Part shown: in pieces, positions 13,331 through 25,398 of the stretch
How the letters are laid out: the number at the start of each line of letters is the position of its first letter
Numbering within the stretch: position 1 is the stretch's first letter
Source: Camelus dromedarius
Lineage: Eukaryota
Direction of reading: 5' to 3'
NCBI RefSeq assembly: GCF_036321535.1
Contig: NC_087444.1
Location: 24,864,001-24,928,000 of the forward strand
Length of the DNA stretch: 64,000 nt
The notes under the pieces: generated by a model
Databases searched by the model: none
What the model was told of the DNA's origin: nothing
What the model saw: the letters and a program-made list of their open reading frames with translations, nothing else
Position numbers and translations under genes: made by a program

Positions 13331-15268
13331 TTAGACTAAGGAAGCCACTGTACCCACTGGTCTTTCCTCCTTCTTATCTGTTGGAATCTGGACCGAGGAG
13401 CCATGGGCATTCACAGCAGAACTGGACTTTCAGCAGTGAGTCCCTCCCTATGAACTGGCCTCTCAGAGACAGCAGATGGCTCCACATCTTTGAGAGGATC
13501 CAGACTAGCTTTTCCACACCATCCACTCTGACTGGCCTTCCCCCAGTCCCAAACTTAGAGATTAGGGACCCAAAAGACAGTGACTTATTCCCACCCCTTT
13601 GACTTTCTATTCCTATGTGGTCTGATGGCCTGTCTTGGTCTGGAATGATTTCCAATCCTGTTTGCTGTGAGTAGAACAGCAAATCATGATGACAGCTTCT
13701 TTGGTGTCACATTGATCTGAGTGTGAATTCCACTTTAACCCCCAGTCTGTGAAAATGGATTTCCACTCCAACCTTCAGCTTTCTCATGAGTAAGGTGGGA
13801 GTAAGAGAACTACATCAGGGGCTGCTGAAGGGATGAGGAGGGGTAGTGTGGGACCTGGAGGCCATATTTGTTTAAACTTAATGCAGAGACAGGGGCACCT
13901 AAGTTCAAGTCTAAGTTCAGAGTTTGGGATCAGGTAGAACCACGTTACCTCCTCTTTGCATGAGAGTAAGAGGCAAAGACAGAGATGGTGTCACAGTTGG
14001 CTGACTATGCCCACCCTCCCCTTCCTTCTTTCCCTTCCTTCACCATGTCTTCACATCCTGGCTCCCCTCCTTTATATGCAAACCAACAAGATAAATATGT
14101 GGAAGGCTGGTGAGCATGTACGGGCAGCTAAACGTTTTTCCTTGACTTGTTATTTGCAACTAAGTAGGGCAAATAGCCAAGCAGGACCACTAGGCAGAAG
14201 GCATTTTTCTAGATACTATTATTTCACTGAAGTACTATTTGTCTTTTCTGGAGGCACTGTTGTTAGACTCTCTTGGCACCCATGCTTGGATGAAGAATCA
14301 CTGTGTTGCTTCTGAATGTAGAAGGCAGTGGCCTGAAGATGTTGTTTGGATGATCAAAATTAGAATATTGAGAGAGGGGGCAGATTTCAGGGGCTAATGT
14401 GGCCACCAGGTGAGCTCTCATCTTCAAGGGGTCAGAGAATTCCTTCTTTTTTGCTCTTGGCATGGTCCTGTATTGTAGCAGTAAGCATGGAAGTACTATC
14501 TCATAACTCTTTCTGTATTTGAGGTCATGAGTTTGGCTGAGTGTCTCAAAGTCTGTAACTATGACTTATTTATTTCTGCCATTCCAATATGCTGGAGAGT
14601 ATGCTGGAGAGGAGATGAAGTCAGTAAACATTAACCACCTCCATCAAAGATTCAATAATCCCAGGTTTTCCTAATCTATCTGTCGATATCATGGATGACA
14701 AATAACATGACAAGAGCATCCCAGCTCCCACCTTCCTCTCTCAGGGAAGACATTACTAATCAACTACCAAAGAAACCAAATGTGACTCAGAATCCTTCCT
14801 TACACAGTACTCCACGCAGCTGCTGATAGCCTTCAGAGTAGGCACATGAACTTAAAGTTCTCTTTCATTTTTAGGTGTGTAGACCGTGGCTCCCTCTGTC
14901 CTTGGCTACAAGATCGGCCAACCAAACAATGTACTGCACCAAAGTAACATCCAGGCTGCCATTCCTTTCCAGTACCAAGTGTTGGACTAGATCAATGGAT
15001 TCACTTGGGGGCCACACAAACCCAAGGTTTAAAGTTTGCCATCTAAGAGGTCTTCCCATTTCCTTTCCTATCAATTCAGAGAATCATTGGAAGGTCACAT
15101 ACTGAAGCATCCCCTGGGGACCCATTATGCTTGGGCTCTGTGGTAGGTAGACACAGGGAAGGCAAAGCAAAGAATGTGTCTGATGAGTGAGATGGAGGGC
15201 AGGAAAATGAGCCCCACATACATGGGCCCCCCAGAGGGAAGAGGGAGCTTTAAGCAAAGGAGACACAG

Positions 15269-15749
15269 CTGGAGTCTTAGACTTTTTTGTGCCATGGATA
15301 CCTTCAGTGGCCTGAGGAAAGCTGTGGACACCTTCTCAGAATACTTTTTTAAACCCATAAAATAAATGCATAGGAGGACAAAGGAAGACAATTATATTTA
15401 CATACAGTCATCAAAATGTATGTAAGGTGGTGTGGTACATGTGCTCCTTTATCAGCTCATCACTAATAAGACTGAGTGTTAAATCAAATTATGACGTTAC
15501 TTCAGAGTCATAGAAATAAATTGTGGGGACAATTTTTGGATATATCTGCATCCGCTGTGATGGGATATGGAAGTATCTGTGACTTTGGTTATTCACAGTT
15601 GCCGAAACAGCAGTTTCCCACGCTCCCAAAGGAAGCAAGTAAAAATTGTAATTAATAGTTAATGAAAATAAATATGAAGCATATTTCTCATCTATGTTCA
15701 TGCACCCCCCCTCCCCCATTCTGTCCACGGACCTCAGATTAGGGCCCTG
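15269..15749. mobile_element. hAT-Charlie DNA transposon (MER119-like)
   Basis: ttttttgtgccatggataccttcagtggcctgaggaaagctgtggacaccttctcagaata...tccacggacctcagattagggccctg. Confidence 0.65.
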
Positions 15750-17490
15750 GCTCTAGGGAAAATTACAGGATTTTTTTTTACAGAGAAGGGACGTTTTAAA
15801 GTAGGACATTTTGATGCTCTGTTTGAGGCTGATTTTTCTGTTTAAAAATTACATTCACGTGTCACCATTATTTGGCAGAACACTAATTGCTGGCTTGTAT
15901 GCATATATTCCCTATTAAAAAAAAACACTATAAACAAATGTTATTGAAGAGGAACACTCTCTGAAGCCACTGCGCTTGTCACCCCGGGGGACCAGGTAAT
16001 CTCATTATCTGCTCTCACACCAGCCGCTGGCAGGGCCAAGCTGTCTGGACATCCTGTCCGGTGGAGAGGAGGATGCTGTTATCTCCGGCCCCGCAGCCAC
16101 AGCGCCAGTCCCCGCGATACTCAGGGTGGACCCAGCTCCAGGGGCGGGTCCCCTCTTGCCAGATTAGGAAACACCAAGGCCAGGTCATCAACATCCTGCT
16201 CCATTTTCTACTCTCCACAACTAAAGAAGCCGTCAGCCAAGCTGTGACTGTCCCCTTCTACCCATCCAACAGTGGGGATTTTTGGCATGTGGAGTGCTTT
16301 TTGATGGTGTTCACCATTTTTCCCTCTTTAACAGGGAATTTGCTGTGTGCTGGATTCAAGAAACCCCTCCAAAATTCCTCCTTCACAGCGAGCCCTCAGA
16401 AGAGAAGACCTAAGGGTCAGGTTGGAGGCACCATGTTTCCATCCTCTGGTTTCTTTGTGGAGGGAGTTGAGGTTGTGCACATCCTGGGTGCCTGGCATCC
16501 ATTCAGAGGAGCAGGTGCCTTTTCTTATCCTTACAAGAGTGGTCTATGGGCTACAGGCTGCCCTGCAGTGTCCTCCTGGCCCTACTCCACCCCAGGGAAG
16601 GGGATGGAGGTATCAGACTATGAGAGTGGCATCTCCCCAGCTGCCTCTTCCCCTGTCTCCTCCCTGCCCCCATCTCTTTCTGCCCCAGGCTTTGCCCCTC
16701 TGCCTGGCAGAGGATCCCTGGGATGGGCTCCCCAAAGGTGGGTGTAGCCTGTGGTTGTCCTCCTCTGCCCACGACTGGGTGAGGCCAAGTCTCTAATTCA
16801 AGCATAAAGTATTAGCAAATTTTTTTGGCTGCAGACTCAAGGCTGTTCTTGTCAATCAGCTGCACTGGAAACTGAGCCTCTGGCTTGGTCTCCAGTTGGC
16901 CTGTGTCTTATTCCTTAGGGGGTTCTAATCTGGGAGGAGAAGGAAGGTCATTGTTGATGGACTCCCAGCACCCAACACATCAGCATTTACCTGAATGAAT
17001 GAAGGCCTCACCTTATACCCTTTGCTTAACTAATGAGGACACAGGCCTTCACATCCACATACATCAAGCCCCTGTGATGGACAGACCTCCAGATGCAGAG
17101 AACCACACTCCCGTGCAGACTGTGTAAGGCCCAGAACTAAAGTAGAACCAACAAGCTCTACTGTGCCCTTAGTGAGAGCTAACGGAAGCCACCTCCTGAA
17201 GGTAACACTGGCATTTCCTTCCACTGACTCAAGCGGACTGGGTGGGGCTGGACGGCAGAAGCTCAACCTTCCAGAACAACCCTGAGCTACTAACAGATGT
17301 ACCTTATAAACATCTGGCCAAGTGGACTGAACCTCTGGGCAGAGCACATCTGTGTCATCCTTGAGTCTCTACATCTTGTTATTTTATTACTGGTAACAAC
17401 GGCTACTATTGGTGGAGAGCTTTCTCTGTGCCACAGTCTAGGTGCTTCACACGTCATCACCTCCAGTCTTCCAAACCACGCAAAGTGGGT

Positions 17491-17973
17491 TCTATCAGTT
17501 TCCTGTGGCCGCTGTAACATGTGACATAACCGAGTGACCTGAAGGCAACATGGATTTATTATCTTATAGTGCCAGGGATTAGGAATCCAAAGTGGGTCTG
17601 GCTGGGTGACATCAAGGTGTTGGCAGGGCTGCATTCCTTCTGGAGGTCCTCGGGGGAACTTGTTTCCCTCACCTTTTCCCGTTTCTGGAAGCTCCCCACA
17701 TCTCTTGGTTTGTGACTCCTTCCTCCATTTTCAAAGCCAGTAGCATAGCATCTTTAACTCTCTCTCTGACCTTGATCCTCCTGCTTCCCCCTGATAAAGA
17801 CCCTTGTGATTATATCAGGTCCAAATAGCAAACCCAGGATAATCTTCTCATCTCAATAGTCTTAACTTAATCACACCTGTGAAGGCCCTTTTGCCCTGTA
17901 AGGTAACATATTCACAGACTCTGGGGATGAGGATGAGGACATCTTTTGGGGGCACTATTCTATCTACCCCACA
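17491..17973 (-). mobile_element. MLT1 (MLT1C/D-like) solo LTR
   Basis: tctatcagtttcctgtggccgctgtaaca...tcaaggtgttggcagggctgcattccttctggagg...aaggtaacatattcacag...gggcactattctatctaccccaca. Confidence 0.85.
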
Positions 17974-17998
17974 TGTCATGTTATGAGCTCTATTTTAT

Positions 17999-18103
17999 TT
18001 TTATTATTTTTAAAATTCTTTTTTAATGGAGGTATTGAGGATTGAACCCAGGATCTCGTGCATGCTAAGCATGCACTCTACCACTGAGCTATACCCACCC
18101 TCC
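17999..18103 (-). mobile_element. Short tRNA-derived SINE (camelid Vic-1-like) with A-rich tail and 17-bp target-site duplication
   Basis: Minus strand reads ggagggtgggtatagctcagtggtagagtgcatgcttagcatgcacgagatcctgggttcaatcctcaatacctcca plus an A-rich tail. Pol III A box TAGCTCAGTGG and B box GGTTCAATCC are present. Flanked by tatgagctctattttat (17982-17998) and tatgagctccattttat (18104-18120). Confidence 0.88.
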
Positions 18104-19434
18104 TATGAGCTCCATTTTATAAGTGAAGAAACTGAAGCTCAGAGAGGTGAAGTGACTTGTCCAAGGTCACACAGCTAACAGGATGCAGAGCCGGGCTTCC
18201 TCTTCAGGGCTCTAGAATTTCCAGGCCCGGGCTCTGTGCCACATACCACCCAGTCTTGCTAACTGGAGAACTGGGGAAAACTGAGTTAAGCTTTCCAAAT
18301 GTGTGAAGAGTCTCAGAGCAAAGAACAAAGAAATCTGTATATAAGTTTCATAAACTATAATGTTGTCATTTAGGTATCAAGATTTCCCCCTCAATATGGC
18401 CCACACTTTTCTCTCAGGAGCCTGCAGGAGTAGACAAAGCAGAAGCTTTGGGGTCAAGTCCAGTCCAGTGTGTGAATCAAGCAGGTCACATCAGCCCTCA
18501 GGTACTTGGTGACCCCTGTGGAAAATGGGTGTGGTGGTCCTGGGAGTGTGATGACCCTGATTTAATGCCTGGTGGAAAAAATGGATGCTGTCATTGTTCC
18601 CACACTACCTGCCCAGTGGGAGTATGACTTACCCTCCCTCACGTATTAGATAATCAACACCAAGAAGGAAGAATGGAGAAGTTTCTCCATCCTTCCCTAT
18701 CCCAGAAATCCAGAGGTTAAGGAGACAAAAACCAAGAATTAGGACCCAAGGAGTCATTCACGGAGAAAGAGAAGTCTGCAAAATAGTTCATAAGACACAG
18801 GGGAGAACTATCTAAAGGAATTTAATCTCAGTTCCTCCTTTTGAGGTCTGTAAATAGAGATGCCGTTCATTGAATTTCAACAGTCATTTCTAAAGCTGTT
18901 CTTTGCAAAGATCAAAAAAAAAAAAAGTCATTTCCCATGGCTGTCTTCAAAACACAGAAACACACAGCACACTACATTTATGAAGCTGCCTGTTGGAATC
19001 GGCAGAGGTAGGCAGCGGGTCAGTGCGCGGCAGGACCAGGACAGCCACCACCGAGGTCGTGTCACTGGGAAGCAATGAGAATGCTTATCGTTACAAGTGG
19101 GGAAGTTTTGACAGGATTTCCCATAATACACCCTAGAACATATTTCTTTCCTGGCATTTGAAATTCATTGCCTGGGATCCTAGCAATGTTGGCAGAGGCC
19201 ACGATGCCTGGTAAGACTCCCACTGTTTGGTCAATGACTAAACTGGCATGTAGGAACCAGCCTCTGAACCCAAAGGTAACAGTCACACCACTCCTCAATT
19301 CATTGCCATGTGCTCCTGACCTGGAATCCCTTGCCATCAGGACCCAGATACAACTGTGTTTCAAAATGATGAACAGAAATGTATTTTATGACCAAAACAA
19401 TACCTGGTCACTGTACCCAAACTAGAAAATACAG

Positions 19435-19800
19435 ATAAGAGCAACAGCTAACCCAGACCTGTTATTCTTCTAAGTACGTGCTTTATTAATTCATTTAATC
19501 CTTCCAATAGACCTTCGAGGGAACTCTATTATCGTTCCCATTTTACTGATGAAGAAACTGAGGAAAAGCTCCAATCACATTCTCTACATTATGCTACTTT
19601 AACACAACTGAGCTTTCTGGGGGCATTAACAGTGATGTTGGAGAAGACTATTGAATGACATGGAAATTACAGTTATGGCTACTGCTTGTTCAAGCTATTA
19701 ACATTCCCAGGATCACAGAACTGGGAAGAGGCAGAGCTGAGATTCGAACTCAAGTAACCTGGATCTGAAGACAGTCGTCTTAGACACTGCACTATAGGAA
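19435..19800 (-). mobile_element. MIR SINE fragments
   Basis: cccattttactgatgaagaaactgagg and gagctgagattcgaactcaag. Confidence 0.7.
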
Positions 19801-19883
19801 AATTAGGATCACCTGCAGTCCTAAAATGACCACTCCTAATTCATTTATACAAATCTTTTCACATTTTGGACTGTGACGATATA

Positions 19884-20200
19884 TGTTACAAACTGTGTCT
19901 GTCTCTCTAAGATGCATATGTTGAAGTCCTAACCCCCCAGTGGGATGGTATAGGGAGGTGGGGCCTTTGGGAGGTAATTAGATGTAGACGAGGACATGAG
20001 GGTGGGACCCTCATGATGGCACTACTATCCAGACAAGAAAAGGAAGAGAGGCCAGGGTGTCCTGTCTTTGCCGGGAGAAGACACATGGAGAAGGAGGCCA
20101 CATGGGCTGTCACCAAGAACTGAATTGGCCAGTGCCTAGATCTTGGACATCCAGACTCCAGAACTGTGAGAAGTAAGTTTCTGTTTTTAAGCCACCTGAT
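19884..20200 (+). mobile_element. MLT1A/B-like solo LTR
   Basis: catatgttgaagtcctaacccc...gggcctttgggaggtaattag...cagactccagaactgtgagaagtaagtttctgtttttaagccacc. Confidence 0.85.
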
Positions 20201-20214
20201 CTAAAAAAGAATCG

Positions 20215-20600
20215 TAGCTTACACGGTGTTTTGCAAACCGTTTGTTAATATACTGTGAAAAATCCATATCATTATATACTCTTTTACCACATATTTTATA
20301 TGACTTAATGGAATCCCAATGTTGGGATATAGCACAATATACCAAACAGATCCCCGATGGTTGGATACTTAGCTTAGCTCTTTAAATAAATCCAACAAAA
20401 ACTCCCACTTTTTGGATTTGGTGGCTTTATTTAAATCCACCATTTGGTGGATGTTACACACATCTTTGATGTGTGGAATTGCTTAGTCAAAGAATATTAG
20501 AGGCATTTAAAAAGCCATTTGATTCTTATTGCCAAAATACCCAACAAACAAATAGGACCGATTTGTATTTCCACACTAAGGCAGCAGAGAATTTTTCTCC
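20215..20600 (-). mobile_element. Very old L1 (L1ME-like) fragment
   Basis: Degenerate antisense L1 3' text (gatggttggatacttag, ggaattgcttagtcaaag). Confidence 0.5.
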
Positions 20601-21744
20601 CTAGACTTTTTGCACAGGTTTCTTGGAGACACCTGGGTTCAGTCACTTGGAAGAAGGCCACCTGGCAGGTATTAAAAGCTCACATCTTAATCACAAAAGT
20701 CGCCTCACAACTGCACTGTGTTTTGCTTTCCTGTGTTGAAAAAAAAGTCCAAAATCTATTTCCTCTGTGTGGTTACCATCCAAATAAATAATCAACCGTT
20801 TTGATTCATGTCCTAGGGGAAAAACATGGGCTCTGGAGACAGGCTGATCTAGGCTCACGTCTCAGTGATGTCAAGAGTCTCCTCCTCTATAACCGGGCAT
20901 GCTTTGACCACCTTATTGGTTGTCACCAAGATTAAATTAAACATAAAGCGCTTAGGATATTTACTGACACATTGGTGAATTAGAGCAGGTGCTCAAAGTG
21001 TCATTTCAGTTTCTTTTTAATCATGGCCCTGATCTCAAGTTCAGGATGACAGTAAAGGCATTGAGAAGTCTTGAGGAACCTTCTGGAAGTGTCCCAACTC
21101 TGGTCCAGGATGTTTCTTTTTTATTCTGATAACCAGAAAAATCTCATTTTTCCCTCAGAGTTTCCTTAGAACCTCGAGAGACAGGATAAGAGCCCCTGTC
21201 CTCTGAATCGCCTTCCTCTAGCAATGCCAGCATGAACCAGTCCATCTGGGCTTCAGATCCAGCTCAAGGAAGAGCTCCCTCCTCCGGGAATTCTTCCCTT
21301 CCCATCTGGGGTCCTCTGGCACCCTATTCCTCCTGCCATCAGGGCCCTGACATAACAAAAATAGTCATTCCAAATGATTTCATCAGGATGTAGTCTATGT
21401 CTAGACAGAGCAGAAGTAAACACTTTCTGTTTTACTATTTTTGGATTGAACTAATTGTTTTAATTATTATAACCAAATTTTCAGTTTAGAATTAATTATA
21501 AGGATCTGAAATGATCTGTTTCTTAATCATGGGGAAATGGACTGTTCTGCCAAAAAAAAAAAGTGAAATCAGACCTATCAAACATGACTTCGTTCCTGTA
21601 CCCAGAACCAAGTTCAAGGTGATGATTAATAACTCTGATTCAACATTTTGAGAGTGGATCTCAGACAGAGGCACATGAATACCTGTAACAATCAACAGAT
21701 GAAGCTGCTGCTCTTTGATCATTTTGACCAATGATTTAATAGAT

Positions 21745-21952
21745 CAGTGTCGGCCAATGACAGCCCGTGGGTCAAATCCAGCCCATCGTCTATTTCATGA
21801 CTCTTCAGCTAAAAATACTCTTTATGGTTTTGAATGGCTACATTTCAAATACTTACCTAAGTACCTACACAACATTCTTAACGTTGCCTCTTGCCCCACA
21901 AAACCTAAAATATTTACTATCTGGTCCTTAAAGAAAAAGTTTGCTGATCTTT
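21745..21952. mobile_element. MER58-like hAT DNA transposon
   Basis: cagcccgtgggtcaaatccagccc...aaacctaaaatatttactatctggtcctt...aaaagtttgctgatc. Confidence 0.75.
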
Positions 21953-23149
21953 AATCTAATAGATGATCCTATAATTTGAAGTCCTTTCACTGTTGAATGT
22001 GACATCACAGTGCCATTGATCCAATAAAGATGATCGAGCCTTTAGAACATCAAGTAATAGTATTGATGAACTTTTATCCTTTGGAAAAGAATAGTGAATA
22101 AGATATCTTCTTAAAACAAAACTGGAAGAGATGTGAATTCCTGGTATTTTCAAGTGTCATTGTGTCTTGAAATGATCAGTTGCTAGTTTGCTTAATCTAA
22201 GCGTTCTACTTTCTGGTCAGCTTCACTTAAAATGCTTTTCAGTGGTAGCATCCTAATAAAACAGTTCATGGCCAGAGCTGAGCCTATTAAAGGTAAGTAT
22301 AAAATAGCTACTTTCCAGAGGTTCTCAATCAAGTTTTTTTTTTCCTTAAATGATGGTTGCCCTTATTACAGTTGTAGCAAAGATTTTCCTTGTTCTCCCC
22401 TCCAGTTTGAAGCCAGAACTGAACTAGACATTCTTTCTATGTTGAGAAGTATCTCTATGACTGGGACAATCAATAGGGATTGAATTTAGAACAATGTTAT
22501 TTAAGTACAATAACTGGAAAATCTGTCAATGATGTGAAACCTGCCTTAACACGCTAATCATAGTTCTTGGCTAATAAAGAAAAATAAATTGCTCTCCAAA
22601 AGAAATTTTTCTCAAAAAAAGAAAAAGCTCTTCAGCTTTTTTAGGGTACTTCACATAAAATAAGAGGGGGAGATTTGAAATGACAGAAGAAAACAGAAGA
22701 ACTCTGCATTGATCACCACCCTGCATTTTAAGTGACTTTTAACATATGAGAAAAAAAAAATAAAAGGAAAGAAAAAAGGAAAAAGTTTAGAGAATTAAAC
22801 ATTTGTCAGATCCAAAAGTTGGATCTCTCTTAACGACAAAGTTAAGTGTCTCTTGATTTAACATGTGCCAAGCACTACTGATTGTCTCACACTTTAAGAT
22901 GCACAGGAACAGAAGACAAAATAGGCTGTTGTTTATTCATCTCTTTAACAATCTGCGGAATTCAGATTCAAGCAGTAACTCCCTATCTCCCCTTGATAAG
23001 GCTGGAAATCTCTGTGAACCAACTCATCACCCTCTAAGTAGCCTCAAGTCTGCCTCAAAATGCCTGTGCTTTTCCACTGATCACCTCTCCTTTAGTTTTA
23101 CCCAGACTTCTCTCCAAGTCACAGCTCTGGGAAGGCTGGGTTGAATACT

Positions 23150-23540
23150 GAAACATGGTTGGTGGTATCACATTTAGAGTGGGATACGTCCACAGTCCTT
23201 AGGATGATCCGCAAAGCCCTTTGCCATCTAGAACCAACTCCCCACCCTCTTCTGGTATCTCTCTTTACCACACCCTCAAATCCCCACTCTCTCTCCAAGT
23301 AACATGTGAACATGCCATGACTTCGCTCATGCTATTCCTCTCCCCACGATGCCCTTCCCTCACTGTGTATCTCCATTCATCCATCAAGGCTTAGTTCAAA
23401 TAGCACATCTTTGTGTGTGTTTGCTGTTCATGCTGCTGCTTTACCTCCTTACCAGTCAGCTCGGTCAGCGCTTCCCTAAGGTCCAGCCTTGTACCCTGGA
23501 TATAGCAGACACTGGGAGGTGCTCAGTTCCTAAGTGTCAA
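23150..23540 (+). mobile_element. L2 fragment
   Basis: caaagccctttgccatcta...ttcgctcatgctattcctc...aggtgctcagt. Confidence 0.55.
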
Positions 23541-23689
23541 CATTTGTCCCTGCATTTTGGCACCTAAATTACCTTGGTGTTTCATTGAGTGTTAGGAGCC
23601 TGCCAGGTTCTCTGCTATGTGGGCAGAAGCAAAAATACACTCCCTTCAGAAGAATGCGATCCTAGCCTCACATTGTCCACCATGAAAAT

Positions 23690-23930
23690 AAGTAATATCA
23701 ACTAATATTTACAGGGTGCTTATGGATACATTAAGCACCCTGCTAAGTGCTTGACACATCTTATTTAATCTTCCTGATAAACCTGTCAGACAGGGACTCT
23801 GATTAGACTCATCGTGGCAGATGAAGAAACTGAGGTTTACAGAGGCTGAGTGATCAGCCCAAGTTCTCGTAGCTGATCGGAGGTGGAGATGGGCTCTGAA
23901 TCCGTGGAGTCTAAAGCCAGCATGCATGCC
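23690..23930 (-). mobile_element. MIR SINE
   Basis: cagatgaagaaactgaggtttacagaggctgagtgatcagcccaag. Confidence 0.8.
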
Positions 23931-25316
23931 TTTGCCCTACGCCTCTCAGACCAGTTTTCAGCTAAGCTGAGGTCATGCTAGGTGACTGGACAAAGCCTTA
24001 GCTTTCATGGGTTGATTAGGCCAACCTTGGAGGTATGGGGCAAATGGGTAGGGTCACAAGTAGAGTCCTGTAACTCATCAAGGTTTCCTGCTAGAATCTA
24101 TCCAGAGTGGGGAAGAAGAGGTGGCCCCAAGGTAAGGCCCTGCCCTTCTGACTCTAACCCCACTGCCATCAGCAGGTCGGCATAATTGCAGCTGAATCTC
24201 AGACCCCAGGGCTCCGCATCATGCCTTATGATGCCCCATCCTTTTCTATTTACTGTCAAAACACAGCAAGCGGATTCGATTCTCATAGGGTGGTTCACCA
24301 TCTGTGTTTCATTTGCAAGGATAATGTGTTATTTAAAAAATAGGAAGACTATTTATTTACATCTACTTTTTTCCCCTTCTGTTTTCTCAGCAGCAAGTGA
24401 TACCCCCCAAAAGGAGGAAATTATCCTGACCAAAATATTTATGAGTAAATAGCTTGCAGAAATGGAGAGGACGCTCTTATTAAATAATTCTGGTCCCACC
24501 CACCAAAACAAAGAAAGAGAATATTCCTGACAGCGTGATTGAATCGTGTGCAATTACTGCCAATGTTTTAAACATGAGTAAGTATTGTAAGAAAATGAGT
24601 AAAGTATTAGCATTAGATCAGAGCGGCCTCAAAACATTTATTTTCCTGAGACTAAGATGACTACTTCTAGATTTCATTCAAGGCCATCCCTTATTATGGT
24701 GATGATTTTTTATCCAGGCAGCTTGACTTGATATCGTCATTTTCACACATTTCTGTAGGATGTTTCTGGAGATGCAGAATGTGACAACAGTTTAAGTGGG
24801 ATCATCTTGACCAAACACAAAGTTCCCTTTCAACCTGCAGATACACATTCGATTTCACTGACTATTTTGCATACGATGTTCCCATCAACACTCTTCAGTT
24901 TTCTTCCCTGACATATTTCAGGACTCTTGAATCTCTCATAGCAAATAAATGCACTTAAATCTGAAAATAAGTCCTTGGGTGACACTTCTCATGGAAAGAA
25001 GGAAGGAAATTCTCTCAGTTTCCACATTTGGCCTAAAAATTGGGGGCATTATAAAGTTTCAGAAAATCCTTTATTGGTTAAAAGTAGAAAATAAATTACA
25101 TTCACAGTCCTAACAGCTTTTATTGTATGTACATTTTTATGGACAGGCTATCATTTTTCTTAGATTTTTCTGGAAGATAATACACAATAAGATGAAGGCG
25201 AATTCAGACAAAGAGAGGTACTCAGCTCAAACTCTTTGAAAAGACAAACTATACACTCACAATGCAAATGTTAAGATTGCATTTTAAGGGCCTCATTTAA
25301 AGACTGTTTCCATTTG

Positions 25317-25317
<1 letters not shown>

Positions 25318-25354
<37 letters not shown>

Positions 25355-25398
25355 GAAAAGAAAAGAAAAGAAAAGAAAACAAAGCAAGAAAAAGAAAA
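25318..25398. repeat. A17 followed by a (GAAAA)9 pentanucleotide microsatellite with degenerate tail
   Basis: Directly visible: A run 25318-25334 and nine GAAAA units 25335-25379. Confidence 0.95.

Larger units (their letters stand above)
17390..18245 (-). mobile_element. MIR SINE split by an MLT1 LTR and a young SINE
   Basis: The 17390-17490 part reads tgtgccacag...ctaggtgcttcac. The 18104-18245 part reads attttataagtgaagaaactgaagctcagagaggtgaagtgacttgtccaaggtcacacagct. Confidence 0.75.

Noticed and set aside
16061..16747. Longest ORF in the track (228 aa, + strand)
   Set aside because: GTG start, no recognisable domain, Pro/Ser/Gly-rich composition typical of GC-rich non-coding DNA, antisense to CDH13, and overlapping frames are also open.
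18025..18100. tRNA-like sequence
   Set aside because: It lacks a proper acceptor stem and has an A-rich tail and TSD, so it is a SINE rather than a tRNA gene.
19029..19050. REST/RE1-like sequence CAGGACC-A-GGACAGC, plus a half-site CCACGGACAGC at about 55070
   Set aside because: The spacer is 1 nt rather than 2 with a mismatch in the left half, and the second site lacks the left half entirely.
21851..21870. TAG|GTAAGT on the minus strand as a recursive splice site
   Set aside because: The donor is strong but there is no polypyrimidine tract, and it lies inside a MER58-like element.
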